DNA from: Mustelus asterias
Taxonomy: Eukaryota
Direction: 5' to 3'
Assembly (NCBI RefSeq): GCF_964213995.1
Contig: NC_135817.1
Coordinates: 79,546,001 to 79,610,000, forward strand
Length of the DNA stretch: 64,000 bases
How positions within the stretch are numbered: position 1 is the stretch's first letter; every line of letters begins with the position of its first letter. This document shows positions 12,789-26,289 of this stretch, piece by piece. The translations under genes were made by a program, and so were the position numbers. Below the pieces are notes generated by a model. The model was given only the letters and a program-made list of their open reading frames with translations, had not been told where the DNA came from and did not search any database.

Positions 12789-13570
12789 GGGGGCGATTCT
12801 CCCAAAAATGCTGAATTGGCGAGAAAACTGATCTAGATCATGACTGCAACTTCAGACCCGAATCTCTCCACTCTGTGCAATGCAGAGGTCACTATCGTGA
12901 ATATAGTTAAAAACCAGGGGGGAGAGGGGGGCGGGCGGGGGCGGCAGGGCCTATTCACGCAGGAGTCTGACAGCTCTGGAACTCTGCACATGCGCAGTGG
13001 CCCCGATCTGTCAGTCTCCCCATTTGCTGGCCAGCCCGGAGCCCCCACAGTGTTGCCCCTCCAGCCCCCCGGCCCAATTGCGGCCACCCAGCCCCAACCA
13101 TCCCCCGTCCCGGAGCACTCTGATCTCCAGCCCCGCCCGCCCAGCAGTGCAATCCAGGGGGCACAGGCTGGCACTGCCAGGGTGCCCATGATTGGGGGCA
13201 CCACCCCCCCACTGTCTGACCCCCTGGGGGCCCCAATTGCCCCCTCCCCCCTTCACTCCGGTGGGGCCTCCCACTTGTTCCCCAAACATGGGGAGCTACT
13301 CTAAACCCTGCTGGAGTGAAGTACTCCTGGCAGAGATGCTATTGGGCCCGGCAAGTTCCGTCCGGGCCTGATAATGACATTTAAAATAGATTAAAAATAC
13401 ATTTAAAACAGATTAAAATCAATTACCTCTCTTCCTGCCGGTTTCCAGTGCGGTCCCGACTGAGCCTGTTCTCTGGCTCGGGAACGTATACGCGAATCCC
13501 GCGAAATGGCCGACACGCACATCTCCCAATCTGACCTGGATTTGCGGATGGTGATGGGAGAATCGACCCC
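12789..13570. mobile_element. GC-rich non-autonomous DNA transposon (MITE-like)
   Basis: TIRs ggggcgattctccca / tgggagaatcgacccc; interior related to 51176-52034; explains the Pro/Gly-rich spurious ORFs. Confidence 0.65.
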
Positions 13571-13589
13571 TGTGTTTTATCTTTATACT

Positions 13590-14825
13590 GTTGCACGTTG
13601 ATAATGCAGTCCTGATCGGCGTGGGTTCCAAATGTGAGCCCATCATGTCTGGGCTATTCTCATGATCATTGTCTTTCACATCACCTCCACTCAGCTCAGA
13701 ATTAACATCAGCCGTGCAGCGAATTATGTCATTGTTCACAAAGGGCCTTCTCATTCGCCACATTATTAAAAGCTGTTTGATAAAGTGCCACATAGCAGGC
13801 TTTTTGTTGAAGCTGAAGCTGAGGCCCATGGGATAAAAGGAACTGTGGCATTATAGATATGAAGTTGGCTGAGTGATGGAGACCAAGTGGTGGTTGTTTT
13901 CCGGACTGAAGGTATGGAGTGAGGTTTCCCAGGGGTCAGTATTAGACTGCTTTTCTTGATCTATTGATCTAGACTTGGATGAACAGGGTACAATTTCAAG
14001 ATTTGCAGATGACACAAAATTTGAGGAGGATAGTGATTGACCTCACGAAGATTATAGGTGGCTATTGGAATGGGCAGACAGATGGCAGATGAAAGTTAGT
14101 CCAGAGTAGTGTGAAGGAGAGACAACATGAAATAGCAGGAATGGAGGGAACTGGGCTGCATGTGTACAAATAATTGAAACTGGCATAACTAATGAAGAAA
14201 TGATTAATAAGCCATTTGGGATCCTGAGCTTTGTAATTAATGTCATAGAAAATGAAAGAATTAAATTATGGTGATTTTTTTTAAAATAAAGTGCTGGTTT
14301 AGCCTCAACTGCAGTAATGTGTCCAGTTCTGGATATCACTGTTTAAGAAAGATAAGGTGTAAGAGAAAGTGAAGAAAGAATTCACAGGGTTGAGAGATGT
14401 TAGTTACATGGATAGATTGTAGAAATTGCGATTGTTCTCCTTGGAGAAGAGAAAATTGAGAAGATTTGATAGATGTTTAAAATCATGAGGTGGGGGGTGG
14501 GTCTGGAGATAGATGGGGATAACCTGTTCCCATTGATGAAAGGGTCAAGATCAAGGGACACTAATTTAAGGTGAATGGCATAAAAACCAAAAGCAACATA
14601 AGGAACAACTTTTTTTATGCAGCGAGTGGTTAGGATCTGGAATGCTCTGCCTAAGAGAGTGGTGGAAGTAGATTAAATCATGGCTTTCAAACAGGAATTG
14701 GATAAATACCAGAAGGAAAATTTTTGTAGGGCTACAGGGGGAAGGTGGGATTAGCTGAATTGCTCTTACAGACATGATGGGCTGAATAGCCTCCTTCTGT
14801 GCTGTAACCATTCTGTGATTCTATG
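13590..14825 (+). mobile_element. Decayed CR1/HER1-type LINE with an inverted 5' piece (about 13590-13790)
   Basis: tttgcagatgacacaaaa (FADDTK) at about 14002 and CR1 tail at about 14780-14825. Confidence 0.7.
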
Positions 14826-15149
14826 TGGCGAGTTCCCAACTCACCCACTCATTAAGAAGGAGTTTGAGCAAACACCAAGAGCTTCCCGGGATGGAAATGG
14901 GAACACACTCCTGGGTTAAATTTATTCATAGGATTTGGGCATTGCTAGAAAGGCCAGCATTTATAGGCCATCCTTAATTCTCCTGAACTGCTCAATCTGT
15001 GTGTGAAGGTGACCCACAGTCCTGTTAGGTCAGAAGTTGCAGAATTTGTGTTCCTTCATTGTCATTGGCCACAAGTCTGGATGGTATATGACTTGGAGGA
15101 AAATTTATAGAATGGCGTTCCAAAATAATTTACTGTCCTACTCTTTTTA

Positions 15150-15258
15150 AGACGTGGAGTTGACCCACTCACCTGATGAAGGGGCAACGCTCCCAAAGCT
15201 CGTGCTACCAAATAAACCTGTTGGACTTTAACCAGGTGTTGTGAGACTACTTACTGTG
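15150..15258 (+). mobile_element. PLE terminal fragment with core-mutated hammerhead, in APP intron 14
   Basis: cac-ctgatga-aggggcaacgctcc-Caaa-gc-tc-gtg; near-TSD ccta(c/g)tcttttta at 15137-15149 and 15259-15271; sits inside a decayed LINE (about 14920-15510). Confidence 0.85.
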
Positions 15259-18200
15259 CCTAGTCTTTTTAGGCAGTAGAGGTGGTGGATTTGGAAGAAA
15301 ATTTAGCAAGTCACTGTACTGTATCTTGGTAGATACTGCAGCCAGTAGGTGCCACATTGTAGCTGCCCTGATACAAACAAGTGGAGCATGTTCCATCACA
15401 CCAGACTTTCACCTTGTTTTACAGAGGCTTTCAGGAATCAAGAGGAGTCACTCACTGTAGAATGTCCAGCCTCTAACCTGCTTTTGCAGCCACAGTATTT
15501 ATGTGGCAGCTGCAAGCCACTAAGAAGCCAGGTCAAGGACAAATCAGCCTCAGCAAAGCTTAATCCTCTATCTCCTACTGAAATGTTTCCTGACCCAGAG
15601 AGAAAGAGAGATAAAGATGGAGGGAATGCAAAAAATATCCCTCTTCCTCATTGAACCTAAAATCAATTTTTTATTGAATGTGATGTTTTTCTTTCCCTCC
15701 ATGATTATGCTGTTCTCTTTTATCTCTGTTAGCTAAATGGAAACGATGTTCTGGTTTTCAAGATATATTTGGTTGAAATAAATTGAATAGATCTAATCTG
15801 CCTGTGTGCCTCACTGCAACAACCAAAGCTAAAGGAAGACAGCGTGCATGGAGGAGAAAGAACATACATCAAAAAATACAAAATGCATCTTAAAACTTAA
15901 ACCTAATTATTATTAACAATGTGATATGCAACACAGCCCTTTCTGCTCTAATGAGCATAATTAGGATGTGAAAATTTATGATCGCCTGCATAATAGTTAA
16001 TCTTTTTAATAATGTTCAGCATGCTCAGTTGAACATGCTGCCTCCAAGTGAAATTGATTGTTGAGGAAAAACTGTTCTCTAATTTAGTAAATTTTAAAAG
16101 GATGGGAGAAAAAAGTCGAATGGGATACCAGTACAATGACTGAGACCCTAAACCTTTTCCCCTGGATCCTGGAAGCAAGTCTAGTCCGGACTAATAGGGT
16201 GACGGTTCCTTCTATAGGGTCATACATGAACTGATTTTAAGCATTCCGATTCGTAGGAATTTGGATCTATAATACAACATTGTCCCCAGTCTGCCTCTTA
16301 TTGATACATTCGTCCAAGTAACAGGATGGTGGAAACAGTTCCACACTGGTATGGTTAAACCTCATGAGATTGGGACTGGGGCACATTGTAGAGGCAGAGT
16401 AGAGGGAGCTTACCTGATTGGGGTATACTTGATGCTAAACCTGAGAGAGAAAATGGTAAGAGCTTCATTTCAAAGCGAATTCCCGCAACTTAACCTCAAT
16501 AAAACCTAATAACTTAGATGAAATGGAGTTTTGCTCTCACTTCCCCTGTCTGTAAGAAGGGAAGACAGGCAGATCATTTCAAAACCTTTGCCAAAGTTGT
16601 TTGATACAAAAGGTCTTTAGCAACCACGCCTTGCCAGGTTATATGGCCTTTGACGCATTTTGTACTTTATACAATCGTGCAACTTAGAACAGGAAACTCC
16701 GAGTAGGTGCCTTTTTCCTGAGCTTGTACCCAGTGACACATTTTTTTTACAATTTGGATCTTCAAAGAAGATATTTTATCATATTGCCCATATGGAGATC
16801 CAGATGTAGTGCCCTGCTCACTGGAGTGACTGCGCTTGCCCTGATAAGCCAGCTTTCCACTCCCGTTTGGAACAGGTTGTTGAGCAGTAATGTAGGCCTG
16901 CATTCTGTAAGGATTGGCAGCTGGCTTTGATAATGGAAAGTGACTGTGTGAGGCCGTGCCAGCACCCTGCAGTCACATGGGAGGCCTACCAAATGCTGAT
17001 ACTCTTAGCAGGATTCTGAACAGATTTCCCTTTGTTTAAAAAAAGACATAATTTAACTTGAGCACTTTTAAGATTTTGGTTCTGTTTCATCTCATTTAAC
17101 TTGTAAAAGCAGATGAAGTGCAGTATCTTGCAAGAAATACAACCTTACGACTGTTAATCAGATCTGAGCTATCCAAAAAGCACAGGCTCTTTCACTGAAA
17201 GTGAAAAATGCATGTTTGTTGGTTTATTAATTACAGGATGTGGGTGGCTTACACACACTCACAGGTACCCTCTGTCCTGTTTCTTAGGTGACTTTCCAAG
17301 TCCATAAGTGAGATTAGATTATTTACGCAGCCCTTTTCAATGACTGTTCAGCGAGGCCAAAGGTTTGTAGCAGAGATGGCAAAGAATGACTCTGAAAGCC
17401 TGTGTTAATTTTTTAGCAATGTTTGGGGAGGGTTTATCTTGGGCATAGCTGGTAGTTCATAAAGCAGGGTAGTGAAACTTGTCCTCGTTTAAAAGTCAAA
17501 TCCAACCTGTAATCCTGAACCCTATCTTCTGTTCTATTTATAATGTGCTGTGTTGTCCCAACCCCTCCCCCGTCACCACCACCACCATCGCTCCCTAATA
17601 CTTAAAAATGTATTCTATTTATACTTTTCATAAATTATTTTCATGGAATCTTGCAGTACACTCAATATCTGTCAGCTGTTCAATTTAATCCCTTACTCTT
17701 GCTTTCTCCCAATAAACCCAGTAATTAATTATCTTCAGCTAAATGTCCAAATGCTTGATATAAGTTCCTATGCAATCGGATTCCAATAGGCTTCCACTCA
17801 ATAGCTATAATTTACAACCTATCAATGGTTTTTTCTTCATTGGCTATTTTAATCTCTTGCTTTATGATCTAATCTAACAATTCTACCGTGGAGCATGTTT
17901 ACTTTGGGTACCAGTTGCAATTATAAAATTTCACTGTTTAAAAGGAAGGAACAAATAAGTGGCAATTCTTTCTTCTCTCAATATTCAAGCTTCTGGTCTC
18001 ATTAAAGCAAGTGGTTATTGTGTTGTCCATCAGATTTTTGGGAGAGATTAGACGGGGGTGATGCAGGGAGTGGTCTTTCAGCTGGAAGATAGCACAGAAG
18101 CAATTCAAGGTTCCGGTTTTCTAATTACGTTGAGGCTGGTCTCATTTGTTTGGATTGCCAGTGATTATCCTGTTGTGGTTGATGGAGGGGCCTGTACACG

Positions 18201-18290
18201 CTGCTCATACTCCCTTTTGTTGCTCCTAATTTTGTTTCCCAATTGCTGATTTTTTACTCTTTTGTTTTACTTCTCAATGTAATTGCCCAG

Positions 18291-18344
18291 TTGAACCAGT
18301 TGATGCACGGCCAGCACCAGACAGAGGACTGACCACTCGACCAG
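18291..18344 (+). CDS. APP: APP coding exon (exon 15 equivalent; alternatively spliced in mammals)
   Basis: tgcccag| ... |gtatct; 54 nt, phase 1-1; (V)EPVDARPAPDRGLTTRP. Confidence 0.97.
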
Positions 18345-18964
18345 GTATCTATTTGCTTGGCTTTTGCGTAATGCTGATTTTTGTGGCTTGAATTAATATT
18401 TTTGGTTCCATTTTTACTCATAAATTGCTTACCTCATTTCAATTTGCACAAATATAATGCCCAAATGAGAGAGATTGAGGGATGATTAAGCTGTGAAGGG
18501 AATCGTGGGGAATGTTTTGCTGAGGAATTTGATGGTTTATTTTCTTTTTCTCCCCCTCCTTTTTCTCTTTTCCCTTTGTCTCTCTTTTGCCCTCACCTCC
18601 CACCTTTATAAGAGCCTGCAGTGTTGGGTTTTCTGTTGATGTCCTATTGTGGTTGAAGGGTGAGGGCAGAGAGAGGACAGAATTTATTTTCTTCTTGCCC
18701 TAATGCAAGGTTTTGCTAAGTTACAACTGCAACAGCAATGCCCCTCATCTCTCTAAGTGCTACTTGTTTATCAGTCCAGAGTGAGTTTCATCTCTCTCTC
18801 TCTCCTTTCCCTAGCCCTGGAATTCAAGCTCAGTTATAGCATTTCTTTCCTTAGCTGAGAGCAACTAACTTGGCACCTGAAACATTCTTAATTTTATGGG
18901 TCAGTTGCACATTCCCATTGCAAAGTTATGGGAAAAAGCCCTTAACGGTTTTGTATATACACAG

Positions 18965-19065
18965 GTTCTGGACTCACTGGTATTAAGACAGAGGAAATAG
19001 CTGAAGTAAAGATGGAGACTGAATTCCGACAGGACTCTGGGTATGAGGTCCATCATCAGAAGCTG
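18965..19065 (+). CDS. APP: APP coding exon (exon 16 equivalent; beta and alpha sites, Abeta 1-17)
   Basis: acacag| ... |gtgagt; 101 nt; (G)[33 protein letters not shown]. Confidence 0.98.
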
Positions 19066-19984
19066 GTGAGTGAATTGCTGGCATGGACTGCGATTAAATA
19101 TTTGAAAAGCATTCCTAATAATTTTGGAACCTCAATTCAATGAGGGGTAACTTAATCTTGAAATAGTACTGTTAATGCAAGGTGGCAGATATCCCTGTTC
19201 CTGGATCCCCTTGCTATAACTGACCAAACCACTGTGAATTGTCTGGTGATGTGGCCCACAAAAGCTCAAGCAACTTGTGCTATTTGCACTTATTCCTCCC
19301 TTTATGCTGTTCAATTTGTGGCTGAAGATTTAGAAAATGGTATTTTGGGGAGTCATGCTGTTTTAGTCGACAAACGCTGAGTCAGATTTGAGTCAGTGAG
19401 TTTATGATGTCGCAGATTAGTGGCAATACATGGTAACCACCAAGTAAGGAGTATGATCACACATACCACTTTACTGCCTGGGTGCAGCTGCAAAACATTT
19501 AAGAAGCTAACACTATCCATGGCAAATTTGACCGCTTGATCAGTGCACCTGCCACTGGACTCTATATCCACCCTCACCATACCAATGCACAGTGGCTGCT
19601 CTATATACAATCTGCAGGATGCACTGCAGCAACCCAGCAAGGTTACTTCAATAGCACATTCCTCTCTTGCAACTCCCACCATTAAGAAGAGAACAACACC
19701 AAATCTCTCTCCATCCTGAATCAGACGTGTTTGGCATTTCATTCTCATTTGATTGGACCGAGTGTAACACATCCAAGTTTGCTGGCGATACAAAGCTAGA
19801 TAATCATGCGAGCAACGGGGAGAATGGAAAGAGACTGAAAAGGGACATAAACTGGTTAAGCGATTAAGCAAGAAGGTTAAGATGGAATGTAATTTCACGA
19901 AGTGTGCGGTAATAGGGGTGACGAGTGAATATAACTTTGTTCAAGGTAGGATACAGGCAACAGAATTTTGGATATCCCCGAATT

Positions 19985-20590
19985 TTGGCAGGTAGAATAT
20001 GGGAGGCCAGCCAGCATTGTGTTGGAATAGCCAAACCAAGAGGTAACAAAGAACTTTGAGCTCATCCAAAACTGTACTGCCTGTATCCTATCAAAATTCA
20101 TACCAAGTCCATATTGCTCCTGTGCTTGTTAATCTACATTGGCTCCCAGTGTAGATCAAATCTCTCATTCTTGCTTTCAAATTCCTCCATGGCTTCGCCC
20201 TTCCCTTTCTTTATCATCTCCTCCAGCTCCGTCTCATCCCTCCTTCAATTCCAGCATTCCAGATTTCCATTGATCCACCAGTGACAGATGTTCCTTTAGC
20301 TGTCAAGACCCCAGTGCTGGAACTCTTTCCCCTCTTTCCCCCCCCCCCCCCCCCCCCCCCCAAAATTTGGGCAAGACAGAAAATCTGATGGACCATTTAA
20401 AGGTCTGTTGAGTCAGATGGGAATATCCGGTCTTAGGGTGCACAATTGGAGAATCCGGCCCTATATCTCCTCCTTTAACATTCTCTTTAAAACTCTTTGA
20501 TAAAGCTTTTAGTCGTCTGTCATAAAATCTTCATATATGGCTTGGTATTAAGTTTTATCTAATAACATTGCTGTGAAATATTTTGGGACA
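19985..20590 (+). mobile_element. Decayed L2-type LINE 3' fragment
   Basis: ctacattggctcccagt...ttcaaattcctccatggc (LHWLP...FK.LHG) remnant and L2-like tail. Confidence 0.55.
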
Positions 20591-21237
20591 ATTATCCACT
20601 TTGGTAGGAAGACTGAAAGAGTAGAATTTTTTTTTAATGGGTTACACAGAAGGATTTGGGGGATCCTTGTACACAAAACATAACTCACAGTTTTTCACAT
20701 TATCTGCCAATTTTTTGCTCCCTGAATTAACCGATCAATATCCCTTTGCAAAGTCTTTGTATTCTCCTCACAACGTGTTTTCCTAACAAAATTCTACTGT
20801 TCCAGTCCTCCTATCAAAGTGAATTTAAAAGCATTAAATAAATGCAAGGTTGGACAGTGACCCTGTTGAAAAAAGAACTAAAAAATAGATGCTTTCCCCC
20901 CATTTTTGTCAGTCCTGTTAAGCTTTTAAAAATTGCAGAGACAAAGAAGAAAACATTTCTGATATCTGAAGTATAAAATGTTGTTACTCCCTGCATTAGT
21001 GCTTACTGTTCCAGTTCATTCCAGTTTGAAGCAATAGGGGTTTTTCTTTAAGCTATTTACAGGTACCAGATGGGAACCCTGCAGGCAAATGGTTAAATTG
21101 GGCACCTCAGTGTTAATTTTGATAATTAAACTGGCTGTCAAATTCCGCAGTGAATCCAAAATAGGCATGATCACATGCTTTTTATTTTAAGAACCAAGTA
21201 TTCTAAATGCCTTGGCGCAGTTGAGAATAATTGTAAT

Positions 21238-21602
21238 NNNNNNNNNNNNNNNNNNNNNNNNNNNNNNNNNNNNNNNNNNNNNNNNNNNNNNNNNNNNNNN
21301 NNNNNNNNNNNNNNNNNNNNNNNNNNNNNNNNNNNNNNNNNNNNNNNNNNNNNNNNNNNNNNNNNNNNNNNNNNNNNNNNNNNNNNNNNNNNNNNNNNNN
21401 NNNNNNNNNNNNNNNNNNNNNNNNNNNNNNNNNNNNNNNNNNNNNNNNNNNNNNNNNNNNNNNNNNNNNNNNNNNNNNNNNNNNNNNNNNNNNNNNNNNN
21501 NNNNNNNNNNNNNNNNNNNNNNNNNNNNNNNNNNNNNNNNNNNNNNNNNNNNNNNNNNNNNNNNNNNNNNNNNNNNNNNNNNNNNNNNNNNNNNNNNNNN
21601 NN
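21238..21602. other. Assembly gap (N run) in APP intron 16
   Basis: Run of N. Confidence 1.
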
Positions 21603-22037
21603 GGGGTTTGTGGGCGTGTGTGTGTGGGCATGTGTGTCAGTGTGGGACGTGTGGGTGTCGGGGGCATGTAGGTGTCTGTGTGTCTCGAAGATTGCCCTTA
21701 TTTGACAACCAGTCCAAGTAGGGTGAGTAATGAGAATCCTCGCCATTTTAAAAATATACCTCGACTTGTGTGTACAGTAATTGAATTCCTAGGCAATATG
21801 GTAAACATTCAGATCTGCACATGCACAGTACTGTTTAAATAAACTCAAAACTGCAATCTTGTGGTTTGTGAAATTTCACAGCAGGTCTCAAAAGATTAAA
21901 TATCCTGCATGGTTGAGACTTAATGCAACAAAGACAAGCAGCTGCTTTGCTAATATCTGTTGCAATGTGCTATCACATGAATGTTGTGCAGGAAGTGTTA
22001 AGTTTGGGTTATATCTATGTGCAATTATTCTTCGTAG

Positions 22038-22208
<171 letters not shown>

Positions 22209-23858
22209 TAAACCCAAGTAATCAGTGGAAGATCTACTGTTTTGGTACTGCTTGTTTTTACGTTGCATTTTGATCCCACTTTTCCAATGTTCTCCCATCT
22301 TTGCCTGAAATTTTTAATTTATTGCTTCACTATCAGTTTCTCTGCTTGTTCTCTGCCCAAGTAACCATTATTCATGTGCAAATGATTTGTGCTGGCAAGC
22401 AAAGTCTCATTACTCTGATCAGCTCAGGAGCTCGCATTGTCACTCCCTCCAGGGATTTTAATGTAAAAATGCAGCCTGAAGATAGAAAATAGCAGTAATA
22501 GTGGTAAGTGTAAGAATTAGTTGCAGGATGTCACACTCCCAGTCACTTGGCCCATTTCTATGTGAGCCTTAATGGTGGGTGTTGTTTTACTGCAGACATG
22601 AGGCTGAGCGAGTAATGTGAATTTGTCTCAACAATTAACTAATCATTGGTCCCCGCAAGAGATTGGCTTTGTAAATCTTTTTGCATTCCAAGTTTACACC
22701 CTCCTGATACCCTACTGTGATACAGTATCATCTGCTGTCTCTCCATCTAATGCTTTATATAATTTCTGAAGTGTGAGCCTGCACTACGCATTAGGAAGCT
22801 ATCCAACTTTACATCCTATGATGCTAACATATAAACATACTTTCACTATAAAACGACATTGAGTTTGCAGCACACACAGGCCATTCAGCCCAAAAGCTTT
22901 ATGCTCCACACAAGTTACCACCTCCAGTGGCCCAATTGGAAAGGAGGCTTGCTACAGAAATCCAGGCTTACTAGTCTGCTTTCTGTTTTTCCCCACTTGT
23001 CTGTAGTCTTGTGGTCAGTTATAGTGCTACCTTACTGCTCCCCTTCCTCCCAGAACTACTGTCACCCCAACTAATATCAACCATCTGTTAGAGTAAGGAA
23101 TTAATCTAGGATCTTGCTACTTGGCTAAGTGCCACATCAGGCAATACATTATCATACTATTAACAGGCAGCATTGGGGACTGTGTAGACAGCATGAATAA
23201 ATGAATACAAATGCGATGGATCAATTAGAAAGTTCAGTACTCTAACCCCATACATCAGTGCTGGGCTTTCTCAAATAAGTTACAACAGCCATGATGACTT
23301 CACTCCAGTGAAATCTCGCAGAGTGGATGATAAAACAGTGCAGCAGGTTCCCACAGTGACATTGTTTTAACACTTTTATACTACGTATGGTTCTTCTCAG
23401 AGAAATGAAATTGTTTTCTTTGCATTTTCTGTTAGTTCCCAACAATGTTCAATGCAATTGAGACTCTTCAATCTACCAAACACTTTGAAATGCTTTTCCA
23501 CATTTATCTCAATCATCTGTGTCTTAATGTTGTCTTTTTAAGTTGTCAAGCACACAGATGTCTCCATGAAGACTGCTTATTATCATCAAGCCGTGCTCAA
23601 GCAATTGAGAAGGGATAACCATGTTAGCATTCTCAAGTGGGTCACCCTTGGAGAGTGCAAACCTTTCCCTTAAGAAAACTTGAACATAACTCCATAAAGA
23701 CCTTGAGTTTGATGTCCAGTAATGGCCAAGTATTTGAAACTCGAGTGCTATTTCGCATACATAGAATTATTACCTTAAATTAAACTATTACTAGTTTGGA
23801 AGTATTAATTTGCTTCAAGGACCACCAGTTCGCCTGTTATATTTGATCTTCCTTCATC

Positions 23859-24272
23859 AGCCATGGCTCAGTTGGTAGCAATTAGAAGGTTATAGGCTTA
23901 AATTCAGTTCCAGAGACTTGAGCACATAATCCAAACTGATGCTCTTTGTGTAATACTAAGGGAGTACTGCACCGCCTGAGAAGCTGCCTTTCAGATGAGT
24001 CCTTATAGCAGCAGCCCCTCCAGTGAAAGTGAAAGATCCCAGGCCACTATTTTGAAGAGGTGTTCTCCCTGGTGTCCTAGCCAATGTTTACCCCACAGCT
24101 GGAAATAGCTGATATAATTATCATCACATTGCTGCTTGTGGGATTTTCCTGTGTGCAAATTGGCTTTCATGTTTGTTACATTACACCAGTGACTACAATT
24201 CATAATGTACTTCATAGGCTGTAAAACATTCTGTAGTATTGAAAGTATTGCAAAATAAATGCAAGTCTTTTT
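23859..24272 (+). mobile_element. DeuSINE-like SINE in APP intron 17
   Basis: tRNA-like head (tggctcagttggtagca), aaagatccca-type central domain, L2-like tail ending taaatgcaagtcttt. Confidence 0.7.
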
Positions 24273-25090
24273 TCCCTTGTTATTTTAATAGCAGCTCTTT
24301 TATCCTTGACTTTCATGATCTTGTGTACCAGGAGTTAACTACCTTTAGTAATGTACTTTGAAGCTAGAAATTCAAAAACATTCTGAAATTGCTGCCTGTG
24401 ACCCAGTTTGTAAGACTAGTTATAATGTTGAGGTTTAAGTCCTGATTGTTATTAACAATTAAGGCTGTGTTAATGTATGTGCAGTCCCAAAGTAGTTTTC
24501 AGCCCCTCCAATACAGATGGGCATGTGTAAGAAGGTACACTTTGCAAGTAATCATGCTGAATAACTTAACAGGACCGGAATGCAATTTCCAACCAGCTCC
24601 CTTGGCTAGTGAGGCAAGATATAATCAGATAATTGTCCGTGAACCCTGTTGGGAGAGCAAGCCTCTGGTCTTCAGGATGGGTTGGCTCAGTTGTACCGTC
24701 ATTCATGATCACTGGCGTTCAGTCAAGGCTCACAATTGGGGGTATGGTCACGAGGCAGGTCAACTGGATAGTGATTGACAGCGATGGAACTGTACGCCAG
24801 GACCAATCAGCCTCTTCAGGAAAAGAGGGAGTGTGGACTGACAAAAGGAAAGAGAGTGGGGGTAGAATCTGCACAAAATGTTGACCATTTTAACTTAAAA
24901 ATTACTTTGCTACAGTCTATACATGTGTTACCAACTGTTTATGCAATTTGAAGAAAATGAATCAACAGCCTATAAGCAAATAGCACAGACCAGAGCTGGG
25001 TGCAGTGCAGTTCCTCAATGTTGTGTGATGCATTATGCAATCTTTATTAAATATTGGCAAAATTGTACAATTCTTGTCTCTTATCCCCAG

Positions 25091-25192
25091 GTTGATGCCG
25101 CTGTAACCCCAGAGGAACGCCACCTCTCAAAGATGCAGCAAAATGGATACGAGAATCCAACGTACAAGTTCTTTGAACAGATGCAAAACTAA
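25091..25192 (+). CDS. APP: APP last coding exon (exon 18 equivalent; AICD with VTPEER and GYENPTY)
   Basis: atccccag| acceptor; [33 protein letters not shown] then TAA. Confidence 0.99.
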   Translation, partial: VDAAVTPEERHLSKMQQNGYENPTYKFFEQMQN

Positions 25193-26200
25193 AGCGTGCT
25201 CGTGCATCCGTTCTAAACAGTAGTATAATCTCCCGAGCTGGACAGCATATGAAAGCTTCTACTGTGTGGTGTTCAGTTTGCCCGAGACACTCCGTGTACC
25301 ATTATTCTGCTCATTCTCGCCTTTTTTGAACAGCTGTGCTGTAACACAAGTAGATGCCTGAACTGGAAGAAGCGAAAATTAAGAAACAAACACAAATGTA
25401 TTCTTGATGAGCATTTTAACTGTTTCACTACATGATTATTAATGAATGTTTTTTGTGAATTGTTAGGATTTCTCTGTACTTAGTGCATGATGATGATATT
25501 TGTCTCCTACCCAATTGCTATTTATCATGTAGTTTGTTAGCAGGTTGTACTGTAATCTTGTGATTTTGTGCAGATTATGAAGTTCTTCTTAAATTGAGAC
25601 ATGCTTTAACATATTTGTGCTGCAATCGGTGGGGAGGGATTCTGGGTGCTTCTGTCTTGGTTTAAACTGCTTCGCAGGTGAGCGGATACCATGCTGGTTT
25701 GGTATTTCTTTTTTGAGGTGGGTGGGTGGGAGGGCTGGAATAGGGCAGTGAGGTGAGAAAAAGCAGGCTTACTATGCAGTAAAATTGTAGTGTTAGTGTT
25801 GATTATTCCAGGTAACACAACAGAACATTTTTTTTCTTTGCAAGAGAGCTGCTGTTAAACTGAATCTTCTTTGATGCTGTACAGTGTCTGTGAGCTACAG
25901 AATAAAGGAAATGTCTGGTCCCTTGTGCCTGTGTTTTGTGTACCAATTTCAGCGTTGTTTACTTGGGATCTTTTACTCATGTTACTCTTTGATTCTTTTT
26001 CTGAATGTAACTGTGTTAGTTGTGTCCCTGTGGCTTGCATACCCCCGTGACAGAGCAAGCGGCTTCATGGGGACATGCTTGAAACAGATGTATATACTGA
26101 GATGTGCTCTCAGTGGTAAGATGGGTTGTACAGATGTAGCTTTAAGAATGGCTTTCTACAATGTATTACATAAATAAATTTAACACGATTCTTAATGAAC
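25193..26200 (+). other. APP: APP 3' UTR (approximate end)
   Basis: Repeat-free stretch after the stop codon, with blocks resembling the mammalian APP 3'UTR, ending at AATAAA and a GT/T-rich tract. Confidence 0.8.
26173..26178 (+). terminator. APP polyadenylation signal AATAAA
   Basis: Context gctttctacaatgtattacataAATAAAtt, upstream TGTA, downstream ctgtggttt...tttttttt; a second AATAAA lies at 25901-25906. Confidence 0.8.
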
Positions 26201-26289
26201 TGTGGTTTGAATACTGTTTTTTTTTAAACACTTTCAATTTGTGTGCAGTGGAGGATGTTTGTGCTGGGGAATGGCAGTGGCTGTAGGTT

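Noticed and set aside
12833-13304. Overlapping 64-154 aa Pro/Gly-rich ORFs on both strands
   Set aside because: They lie in a GC-rich TIR-bounded element, are open in several frames through stop-codon scarcity, and show no domain.
21171-21746. Long ORFs in several frames (also 38672-39203)
   Set aside because: Artefacts of N gaps and CA/GT microsatellites.
25901-25906. Upstream AATAAA as the equivalent of the human proximal APP poly(A) site
   Set aside because: By flanking similarity (recall), 26173 is the homolog of that site; 25901 may be used but is unsupported.
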